Part shown: positions 26,820-35,392 of the stretch, piece after piece
How positions within the stretch are numbered: the stretch's first letter is position 1
Layout of the letters: the number at the start of each line of letters is the position of its first letter
DNA from: a virus
IMG/VR virus record: IMGVR_UViG_3300042453_004661
Span: 32,001 to 96,000 of that record
Length of the DNA stretch: 64,000 nucleotides
Direction: 5' to 3' (one strand)
Position numbers and translations under genes: made by a program
The notes under the pieces: generated by a model
Databases searched by the model: none
What the model was told of the DNA's origin: nothing
What the model saw: the letters and a program-made list of their open reading frames with translations, nothing else

Positions 26820-29800
26820 ATGTCAAAATCCCATAAAAAACAAGATGTTAAGAATGCAAGCTCGGGAAATCCTAGTTCTGGTATGCCAGAAAAGGTCCCA
26901 GGCGGTCTCTCGTCCGGCAAAAGCCCCAAGGATTTTGATCAACAGAAGCTAGCTGACGGTATCAAGGTCGAAATGGAGCATACGACAGATAAGGACATAG
27001 CTCAAGAGATTGCTATGGACCATCTGAGCGAAGATCCTGACTACTACAAGAAGCTCAAGGCTATTGAGGCAAAAAAGTCCGAACCACTTTCAAAGCCATA
27101 CGCTTCCGAGGCTCAGCGTCGATGGGCTCATACCCCGGCTGGCAAAGAAGCCCTGGGTGGAGAAAAAGCTGTAGCTCATTGGAATAAGGAGTCAAAAGGT
27201 AAGAAATTGCCAGAGCGGGTAGAGAAGTCCGAGACCGCACCATCCGAAGCTCCTTCACAAGAAGATCTATCTCAGCAATATGAAAAGCTATTGCATAATC
27301 ATTATCCAAAAGACTTTGTCGATACCGTAATCCGTGGAGACAAAGCATCTGCCCAATTTCTGGGAGGTCCGATATCTCATGAAAAGCATGGCAATTTGAT
27401 TGTCCGATACGCCGAAGGCCCGAAGAGTCTTGGCATTATGGGGCTATTTTCTGCTACTGGTCGTATCCGCCCATCGGAAGCAGAAGGCATTAAGAGCTGG
27501 CTTGGCCGAGCAAGATCGTCGTTAGATCAGGGCAAAGATGTTTATGTCAGCTTAAATCATCATTCTGAGCCTATTTTTATGAGGGCTCTCAAGGGTGGCG
27601 ATTTTGACTCAGAAACATTGTCTTCTCACGATTTTCCCTGGGGTACTTGGAAAACAGTAAAAGTTAGTAAGAAAAACATGGCTAAATCTGAAGACTTTGA
27701 AAAAGGAGCTAAGGGCGATTGGCAAAAGGAAGGCTACACAATCCACTATACCACCCCCAAAACAAGGCGAGCTTTTGCAACAAAAATTGGCTCACCACTT
27801 GTGGAAGATGGGGCAGTAAATGGCGATCACACTATTTGGGCTGTAAGCCCATCTGGAAAGAAGGTTGGGCATTTAGATATCGATAACCACCAAGATAATA
27901 GCATGTTTGCTCTTGAGACAGAAGTTGATGAAGATCATCAGAGAAAAGGCCTAGCCTCGGCCATGTACCGATTGGCAGAAGAAAAAACGGGAAGAAAATT
28001 CTCACCAAGCCCTCATCAAACAGATGAAGGTGCAGCTATCTGGAACCAGCCTAACCGCCCATTTGGTAAATCTGAAGATTTTGAAAAGGCGAGAGAGCCA
28101 GAGCCGGACTTTGATGTTGGGGCTGTATCAACGAGTAGCGATACCGAAAAAAAGCCCAAAGCTTCTGAATTAAATATCACGGTCAAAGGCAAGCCTGTTG
28201 CTCCTAATCTAGACATCAAAAATGCCGTTAAGTCTGAATTTGATCACAAAAACGGAATACTCCATACACCCAGAGGAAGCTTTCAGTTAAGGTTTCCAGA
28301 AAAAGGTGACAAGAAATATAAGAAGATTTTGAATTCCCCAGAAATTCAAGAAGTCCATAGAAGAGCTATGAAGAATTGGTTTAGGCTCAACGAAGTAGTT
28401 AGAAATGGCGGGCATCTTCCTGACGAGGTTGTGGCTCATGCAAATTTATTTTCTATCTTGTCTGCCAATACACCAGTTCCACAAACTGAACTTCTTTACT
28501 CAAGATTAAAAGATGTAATGGGACAACAAGGGCTTGATCCTAGAACAAAGAAATTTGGAGAAGCATTTTTGCCTGGCGGTGAAGGCCGGGAAGGCTGGAG
28601 AGCATCCGATAGCCCAACAGAAATGCCAGAACACTCGAGGGAATACTGGGAAGGAAGAGCAAAACCCACTATCACACAAATGAGGGCCAGTAAAGGAACT
28701 GGAAGGCAGGCCGGAGATATTGTTAAGCTCGGGTCTCTTGATGCATTTAGTGACAGGATTCAAAAATACCCACAGGCCCATAGATATATTGCAGATCTAG
28801 TTGCTCAGCATGGTGGGGATACCCAAAAGATCGTATCCCAGATGATGGCCGATAGATCAAATGGAAAACTCCCCGATGATCATCCAATGCAAATTGGCGT
28901 AGGCCTTGGATCTAAGACTTCACGATTTGCCGTATCAATGATGGGCGGAGGCCAATCTGTTGTCCCTGATACCCATTTTGTAAGGCACATATTTGGACTT
29001 GATTCAAATACGGATTCAGATACAATCCACTATCTCAAGAATGTTTTGTGGAAATACAAAAATCATCATATTTTGAACTCATTGGATCAATTTTACAGAG
29101 AAAATCATCCTGCCGTAGATTTTGTCAAGAATGCATACTTTGGCGGTAAGGATGATCCTCATTCGGTATTTCCGGCATTCTGGCTACACTGGCTAGGCAT
29201 TTCTCCGCACGAAAGAGAACAAGGGATTGGCAAGCCAGAAGGGGCCAAAAACATTAGCGATCATACTCCTTACTTCGACACCGCAAACGAGATCCTTGAT
29301 AGGCATGGGCTTGGAAATATTATTACCAAGTCCGAAGACGAGGAAAGACCACTGGTTCATAGAACTGCAAGTGCAGTTCATGAAATTGCCGAGAAGCTCG
29401 GAACATCTTTTGCTTCTATGATTTACTACTCCCATATCGTTCCTAAGCTTTTGGGAGAAACAACAGAAGATCATCATACGCATGCGATAGATGTAAATAA
29501 AGCCAAAAAAGTTCTTAAGCTTGCTAAGAGCCTGCTTATGGAAAAAATTGGTCAAATGACTCACAATACCCAGCCACTCTCTGTTGGGCATGATGTTTTT
29601 CAAAAAGAACTAGAATCTATCATGGGCGGATTCTCTGTTGACAACGGAGGACTTAGGTCAATGAATGACAAGAAAAAGTCTGAAGATCGTTCAAATTCAT
29701 TGAGTCAAGTTCCCAAAAAACACAGAAAGAAATTTGAAAAAGCGATGGACGAGGCCAAAAAGAAAGACAGCGTGTATGGCAGGCTCGTAATGCTTAAGTC

Positions 29801-29822
29801 CAAGATTAAGGATAAAAAGTAA
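26820..29822 (+). CDS. Polyvalent protein: DUF5661-like + small modules + GNAT acetyltransferase + HhH DNA-glycosylase-like domain
   Basis: GIKVEMEHT...IAMDHLSEDPDYYKKL; PYASEAQRRWAH mini-module; GNAT motif A VDEDHQRKGLASAMY...QTDEGAAIW; HhH-like GLGSKTSRF...VVPDTHFVRH. Domains are separated by K|S linkers. Confidence 0.7.
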   Translation: MSKSHKKQDVKNASSGNPSSGMPEKVPGGLSSGKSPKDFDQQKLADGIKVEMEHTTDKDIAQEIAMDHLSEDPDYYKKLKAIEAKKSEPLSKPYASEAQRRWAHTPAGKEALGGEKAVAHWNKESKGKKLPERVEKSETAPSEAPSQEDLSQQYEKLLHNHYPKDFVDTVIRGDKASAQFLGGPISHEKHGNLIVRYAEGPKSLGIMGLFSATGRIRPSEAEGIKSWLGRARSSLDQGKDVYVSLNHHSEPIFMRALKGGDFDSETLSSHDFPWGTWKTVKVSKKNMAKSEDFEKGAKGDWQKEGYTIHYTTPKTRRAFATKIGSPLVEDGAVNGDHTIWAVSPSGKKVGHLDIDNHQDNSMFALETEVDEDHQRKGLASAMYRLAEEKTGRKFSPSPHQTDEGAAIWNQPNRPFGKSEDFEKAREPEPDFDVGAVSTSSDTEKKPKASELNITVKGKPVAPNLDIKNAVKSEFDHKNGILHTPRGSFQLRFPEKGDKKYKKILNSPEIQEVHRRAMKNWFRLNEVVRNGGHLPDEVVAHANLFSILSANTPVPQTELLYSRLKDVMGQQGLDPRTKKFGEAFLPGGEGREGWRASDSPTEMPEHSREYWEGRAKPTITQMRASKGTGRQAGDIVKLGSLDAFSDRIQKYPQAHRYIADLVAQHGGDTQKIVSQMMADRSNGKLPDDHPMQIGVGLGSKTSRFAVSMMGGGQSVVPDTHFVRHIFGLDSNTDSDTIHYLKNVLWKYKNHHILNSLDQFYRENHPAVDFVKNAYFGGKDDPHSVFPAFWLHWLGISPHEREQGIGKPEGAKNISDHTPYFDTANEILDRHGLGNIITKSEDEERPLVHRTASAVHEIAEKLGTSFASMIYYSHIVPKLLGETTEDHHTHAIDVNKAKKVLKLAKSLLMEKIGQMTHNTQPLSVGHDVFQKELESIMGGFSVDNGGLRSMNDKKKSEDRSNSLSQVPKKHRKKFEKAMDEAKKKDSVYGRLVMLKSKIKDKK
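27683..28087 (+). repeat. 21-bp direct repeats (20/21 identical) encoding KSEDFEK, flanking the GNAT module
   Basis: taaatctgaagactttgaaaa (27683-27703) and taaatctgaagattttgaaaa (28067-28087). Confidence 0.8.
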
Positions 29823-29824
29823 AT

Positions 29825-32044
29825 ATGCCAGTAATCACGGTTGCATCAGTAACGCCAGCCACGATAACAGTTCCAGCTACTTCTCCATTTGCTGTAGGGC
29901 CAGATGCTATTGTGATTAAAGATCAATTCATGACTTACGAGTCGTATAATTCAGCCACTGGCTTATTTGTTGGCGTAGTGCCAAATCCAATTAGCCTTGG
30001 CGTAACTGTTGGCGATGTGATTGAGCAGGCTACCCAGGAGCAAAAAAGAGTCAATTCAGCCTATGAAAGACTGCTATCAAAGTTTCCTAAGAGATACCAA
30101 GTCAAGGGCACAAAGTATCTAAAAGCTTTATTGCAGGCATTGGCTAAGGGCGACGGGTTTATCGATTATGAGGTTGAGGCCGTCAGGGATAATCTTCTTG
30201 TGATGTCAGCAATCGGTAAATATCTAGATCGATTGGCTGGGCAATACGGCGTAGTCCGTGGCCAAGGTAGTGGCGTTCAAGATCCTGACTTCAGAAAGCT
30301 TGTTCCATTGGTCGGGATGAGCCCAAAGCAGATCACAAATATCCTAAATAAAGTTATCGATGTTGTATATGGTCCTTTTGCTTCTCATGCAAATGTTACC
30401 TGTTCTTTACCGGAGCCATACAATTTTCAAAACGGATGGAGCTTGCTACTTGTCGTTGACGGCAGAGAGACCCAGGTTAAGTTTCAGTCTTCAGACTTTG
30501 CTTCTATATCAAATGCATCTGCCGAAGAAGTCGCCAATATCATTACCCAAAGAACAGATGGAAAAGTTACGGGCCAAGTTATTACGAATGTAAGGACTGG
30601 GGAAAAGTTTGTCAACATCAGGACATCAACGGTAGGCGCCCAGGGCTTTATCCGGGTGTTGGGTGGGGAATGCCAAAGCAAGATGAGGTTTCCAATAATT
30701 CGCCCCACCATCATGAGTAGTGCGGTATGGAATGTCGTCCGGGTTGGTGGAACAGACGAAGTCGAATTCCAGCTAGTTTCTGGTCTTTCTCCTGCCATGA
30801 AAAATGCTGGTGTTCAAGCTGGAGACTATGTCACGATCAGGCCTGATTCCGGATTCAATGTTGCAAACGCAGGAAGCTTTGAAGTAACCTACGCCGACAA
30901 CAATGTATTCAGAGTCAAAAACCCTACCGGAGTTCCAGAGTCTGGGATCACGAATGTAAATATGGATGATTTTACATTCTTCCAGTCTAGAACAGCCAAT
31001 ATTCTCCTTTCAAGCAGGCCTGCCACAGTTATCGAGACTGCTCCGAATGAGCTAACTGTTATCTTGCCAGTGACTTCGCCTCTCGTTAAAAGGACGCTGA
31101 AGGGATCTCACCATTTGCGTGGCGGTCTAACAAATTGCATCTCAGTCACATCCAATACTGTTGAGCTTGGATCTTCTGCAGAGTTTCCTGCAGACGGAGG
31201 TTGCGTCCAGCCTACATCTTCCAGGAATACGGCAAGAGGTATTGTTTCAGCAAAAACATCTACCACGATTAGCCTTATTTCAGCAGAAGGGTGGCCGACC
31301 CGTGGCGCTGTGTGGTCCCAGGTAACTGGTGATTTTTATTACTATTCTGGAATATCTGGCAACACACTTACTGGCGTATCTCCATCTCCGCCTAACTCAA
31401 TCATCAGCGGAGAGTGCAAGTATTCGGAAAGATATTCTTTTACAGCGATTTCAGGCAACACTTTGACAGGCGTCTATCCTGATCCTGTTAATCTACTTAA
31501 TAGAGAGGTAACACAAGGATCGTCCCAGCTCGTAGATGAATACGAGGGATCTTTCTTGTATGATCTTTCTGCTCCTTTTATCGGCGCCTCAGAAAACACA
31601 ACAATATCAGAACAAATTGATCAGGGATCTGCCAGGACCGTAATCCAGGTAGGAAATGTATCTGACTTCCCGGACAAAGGATATATTGTGTTCCGCTTTG
31701 GTGAAGACGGGCAAGAAGGCCCGGTTCGGTATCAGGCAAAAGTAGGAACAGAAGCTTTAGTTATTGACCCTGGTCATGTGTTCAAAAATACACACCGATC
31801 TGGGGCAGGAATAAGACTCGTAAGGAAAATCGGGTCATACATACCTAGAGCAACGGGAGATGATCTAGCTGTCTATCTGACATCTACATCCCCTGCTAGG
31901 GATCTAATCGCAAATTACCTAAGAAGCATCGCTGCATCCGGAGTAAAAGTAAAGTTTGAAATTAGAATTCCTGACCAAAAATGGGAAGTATTGCCTAATC
32001 TATACACGACCATTCCGCTCGACAATAGCCTAGTTCCACCCTAA
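29825..32044 (+). CDS. Baseplate wedge protein (gpI-like partner of J, putative)
   Basis: SAIGKYLDRLAGQYGVVR...DPDFRKL N-terminal motif and C-terminal LRSIAASGVKVKF, typical of the wedge gene that follows J. Confidence 0.65.
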   Translation: MPVITVASVTPATITVPATSPFAVGPDAIVIKDQFMTYESYNSATGLFVGVVPNPISLGVTVGDVIEQATQEQKRVNSAYERLLSKFPKRYQVKGTKYLKALLQALAKGDGFIDYEVEAVRDNLLVMSAIGKYLDRLAGQYGVVRGQGSGVQDPDFRKLVPLVGMSPKQITNILNKVIDVVYGPFASHANVTCSLPEPYNFQNGWSLLLVVDGRETQVKFQSSDFASISNASAEEVANIITQRTDGKVTGQVITNVRTGEKFVNIRTSTVGAQGFIRVLGGECQSKMRFPIIRPTIMSSAVWNVVRVGGTDEVEFQLVSGLSPAMKNAGVQAGDYVTIRPDSGFNVANAGSFEVTYADNNVFRVKNPTGVPESGITNVNMDDFTFFQSRTANILLSSRPATVIETAPNELTVILPVTSPLVKRTLKGSHHLRGGLTNCISVTSNTVELGSSAEFPADGGCVQPTSSRNTARGIVSAKTSTTISLISAEGWPTRGAVWSQVTGDFYYYSGISGNTLTGVSPSPPNSIISGECKYSERYSFTAISGNTLTGVYPDPVNLLNREVTQGSSQLVDEYEGSFLYDLSAPFIGASENTTISEQIDQGSARTVIQVGNVSDFPDKGYIVFRFGEDGQEGPVRYQAKVGTEALVIDPGHVFKNTHRSGAGIRLVRKIGSYIPRATGDDLAVYLTSTSPARDLIANYLRSIAASGVKVKFEIRIPDQKWEVLPNLYTTIPLDNSLVPP

Positions 32045-32051
32045 CCTTAAA

Positions 32052-32066
32052 GAGGTAAAATAGTAA
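32052..32066 (+). promoter_or_regulatory. Putative late-promoter motif GAGGTAAAATAGTAA
   Basis: Near-identical to 12225-12239; followed by an AGGAG RBS. Confidence 0.5.
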
Positions 32067-32079
32067 CAGGAGTAATTAA

Positions 32080-35000
32080 ATGGCCGTACTACAACGGGTC
32101 GCCCTATACCCCAACGAACGATTAGACATACCCGATGCAAGATCTCTTGAAGGATTCAGTTTAAATGACTGGAGATTCTTCATTAAGGGGATCATGGCTG
32201 GCCAGTCCTATGTCATTCAGGGATTCGAAGTATCCAACTATGCTAATATCTTCTTGGTCCCGGGATTCAAGCTTAGGCTAAATACGGTTGCCCTGCTCCA
32301 CCCAAATGCAACTAGCCAGGCTGCAGGATTTTACATTACAAACGGGCAAGAGCCTGATGCTACCGTTACGCTATCTTCAAATGCCGTCAATTATGTCGAA
32401 GCTGACATGACGACACTGTCCGGCACTCCTGATGTCCGGGCATTTTGGGACCCAGGCGCAAACTCTGGAGCTGGCGGAGAATATACTGATACGATTGATA
32501 CCGTTATCAATCTTCAACTTACGGTTGCGTCGAATGTTTCTGGATTTACTTCTGGAAAAATCCCTCTATATAAAGTTACCACAAACACATCCGGTGTGGT
32601 AACTTCTTTAACAGATTGCCGTCCAATGTTTTTCAGACTTGGTACTGGCGGAAACTCTCCAGATCCTTTTGCTTCCTATGCATGGCCTAGTTTGCCTAGC
32701 GCATCCAAAGCTCGTCAAGAGGGTGCAGTAACAGTTACGACTGCCACCACAAGCAATGCGCCATTCCAGGGTGGCGATAAGAACATCAAGACACTCAAGG
32801 AGTGGATGGATGCGGTCATGACCGTCATCCGTGAGATCAAGGGCACTACCTATTGGTACACTGGCACTACCGGATCTCCTCTTGTTAATGCATACCAGAA
32901 CGCAGCTCTCACTATCCTCCTTGGCGGTACGCTTAAACAGCTAGGCACAACAAGGATTGTAAAGAATGTCAGCTCATCAACTGTTTCGGTTGATATCGGA
33001 TCTATATTTGATGTAGGCCCCAGCTCTTTTGTTCACAACACTACGACATACACCTATAGCTCATTCTCTTCTGCTACTGGGGTATTCAGTGGGGTTAGTC
33101 CGAATCCCGTTGGAAGCATTACCGTAGGAGATGCTATTCGTCAAGGTCCATATGGACACCTCCAGCTTCAAGATGGATCGACCGTCTATAGGATGGGTCG
33201 TACATTTAACAATTCAATAGCTGCATTCAGCGATATTGATTTGTCCCCTTTGTCCCAGAGAAATCTATATATTATTCTTCCGGTTGCCGATGAAAATGCC
33301 GTACATGGATTCGGTGACGATGGCGCAACTCCCGTTAAGCCAAAGCTTGTAACTGCTGTCTCTTCAATTGATATCAATGTCGGTACTGGCGGTAACTATG
33401 CCTCTGGCGGTGGCAAGATCCTTATCCGTGGCACAGAATTTACATACACATCTTATGTTCCTGCCACTGGGCTCTTTTCTGGAATTAGTCCAGATCCTAC
33501 TGGTGTTGTTCAAGTTGGCGATACAGCATACGCCTGCCCGAGTGGAGGCGTGGGGTATTTGCATGTATCTTCAAGGGATCAGATTCCTGGCCAAACAGGC
33601 GCAATATCCGAAGGAGCAGAAAGGGTATTTTGGCTCGCTGTTTATGACGGCGTAAGCACTATCAGGACTCGAGACGGTGCAGTTCAGCCGGGAGAGGTCA
33701 TCCAGGTAGGTAACAACGATACCACAAATATCATTCAGTATATTGGATCTACTGGTCCATCCGATAACTTCCCGGTTTATAATGTCTTGTCGATTCCAAA
33801 CGGAACAGACCTTACAAATGCAATTAGGGTTGCATTTGAAATTATCGAGACACCAATCTACGACGAGACTGTTACGGTCCCGATTGAAGATGTCGCTCTT
33901 TACTGGCCTGCTTCTGCACCAGTCGATGGTCCGGTTATCGATGCAACAAACAAGGCATTCTCTCAAGGCTTTACATCTTTAGGCAACTTTAGTTTGGGGT
34001 CTATCAAGTTCAAGGCTCGAGAAGTAGGCGCACCAGATGCTTTTTATATTTGCGAAATTAGGGATAATATTGGCGGATCTCCTGGCCCAACAGTATTGGG
34101 AACATCTACTCTATTCCAGGCAGGAACCCTTACAGCTCCATTTAGCGATGTTACTTTCTATTTCCCCACCCCGGTCTCCGTAGCTAACGGTCAAATTTAC
34201 CATGCAGTAGTAAAGGTCCAGGGGTCGCCTCTTGTTCTTGACGCATCTAACTACAGTATTTTTGGGGTCGGCGCATCTAATCCATATGCTGGTGGCCAAG
34301 CCTTCAGTTCTACAGATGCCGGGGTAACTTTTGCTCCAGATACATGGGACCTACATTTTTATGCCCAAGACGATTCTGGCTTGGCTCCGCTAGACATTAC
34401 AGGCCTCCCCCTCAATACCAAGACTCTTTTGCCGGGATCATACAATGTTGGCACAGACGCTCTTGTCGTTTATGTCGATGGCGTACTCATGGAGCCAAAT
34501 CAAGATTACACAGAATTTAGTACAAACTCCATCAGATGGCTTAAACCTGTTACTGCTGGAGGAAGGATTAGGTTCAGGATTGGAAATATCGGCGGAGCAA
34601 TGACTTCGCTCTCCAGTGGCTCCCTACAGAGTGCCTATGACTCTGGAAGCAATATCAATACTACTCCAGGAAATCCTGTCACGATCTTGGCAGCTACAGG
34701 AAAAGCCTTGTCCGTTCAAGGAGATATGGAAGTTACTGGTCTAATAGATCCGACTGGTATTCAATTTACCCCAGTTCCTTCTAATCCATTCCCTACAGGC
34801 CAGATCGGTATCTGGGTCGATTCAGACGATGAGCTATTGCGCTATACAAAACAAACTGGTGAAGTTGTAAATGTAGGCGAAGTTATTGAAGATCTCGGCG
34901 GTAACTCACAGCATCTTTCGAGAGTTAAGCTTAATAATTCTGGCGCCACTATCCCTTCTGGCTCAGCCGTATGCATTAAGTCTGATGGGTCAATAAGCCT

Positions 35001-35283
35001 TGCTGACGCAGATGATCCTGCTAATGCTATCTTTTTTGGGATTACAGCAGAATCAATTCCTCACGGATCTTCTGGGAAAGTAATTTACAATGGAGTTGTA
35101 GCAGGAATATTGACCGGATTAGGGCTTACTAGCGGTACATACCTGTGGCTATCTACCACTCCAGGCCAGCTATCTACTTCGCCCCCCACGACTCAAGGCT
35201 CTTACCTTGTAATTGTTGGAATAATTGACGGAAATGATCTAATTATACAAACTCAGGTAAGTGGACAGGTAAACGGATCTTGA
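32080..35283 (+). CDS. Baseplate-attached tail fibre/structural protein
   Basis: 1067 aa, beta-rich; LVVYVDGVLMEPNQDYTE module; C-terminal GSAVCI...LADAD...GITAE...LSTTPGQL module typical of virion proteins. Confidence 0.6.
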   Translation: MAVLQRVALYPNERLDIPDARSLEGFSLNDWRFFIKGIMAGQSYVIQGFEVSNYANIFLVPGFKLRLNTVALLHPNATSQAAGFYITNGQEPDATVTLSSNAVNYVEADMTTLSGTPDVRAFWDPGANSGAGGEYTDTIDTVINLQLTVASNVSGFTSGKIPLYKVTTNTSGVVTSLTDCRPMFFRLGTGGNSPDPFASYAWPSLPSASKARQEGAVTVTTATTSNAPFQGGDKNIKTLKEWMDAVMTVIREIKGTTYWYTGTTGSPLVNAYQNAALTILLGGTLKQLGTTRIVKNVSSSTVSVDIGSIFDVGPSSFVHNTTTYTYSSFSSATGVFSGVSPNPVGSITVGDAIRQGPYGHLQLQDGSTVYRMGRTFNNSIAAFSDIDLSPLSQRNLYIILPVADENAVHGFGDDGATPVKPKLVTAVSSIDINVGTGGNYASGGGKILIRGTEFTYTSYVPATGLFSGISPDPTGVVQVGDTAYACPSGGVGYLHVSSRDQIPGQTGAISEGAERVFWLAVYDGVSTIRTRDGAVQPGEVIQVGNNDTTNIIQYIGSTGPSDNFPVYNVLSIPNGTDLTNAIRVAFEIIETPIYDETVTVPIEDVALYWPASAPVDGPVIDATNKAFSQGFTSLGNFSLGSIKFKAREVGAPDAFYICEIRDNIGGSPGPTVLGTSTLFQAGTLTAPFSDVTFYFPTPVSVANGQIYHAVVKVQGSPLVLDASNYSIFGVGASNPYAGGQAFSSTDAGVTFAPDTWDLHFYAQDDSGLAPLDITGLPLNTKTLLPGSYNVGTDALVVYVDGVLMEPNQDYTEFSTNSIRWLKPVTAGGRIRFRIGNIGGAMTSLSSGSLQSAYDSGSNINTTPGNPVTILAATGKALSVQGDMEVTGLIDPTGIQFTPVPSNPFPTGQIGIWVDSDDELLRYTKQTGEVVNVGEVIEDLGGNSQHLSRVKLNNSGATIPSGSAVCIKSDGSISLADADDPANAIFFGITAESIPHGSSGKVIYNGVVAGILTGLGLTSGTYLWLSTTPGQLSTSPPTTQGSYLVIVGIIDGNDLIIQTQVSGQVNGS

Positions 35284-35392
35284 TAACTATTTGATCTGTA
35301 TTATCTTTGTCAATTAGACCTAGCGTCTAAGCTGATTGCTCTATAATGTAAATACAATTTAGGCCTATCATCGAGGCAACATAGGGGGCAAA

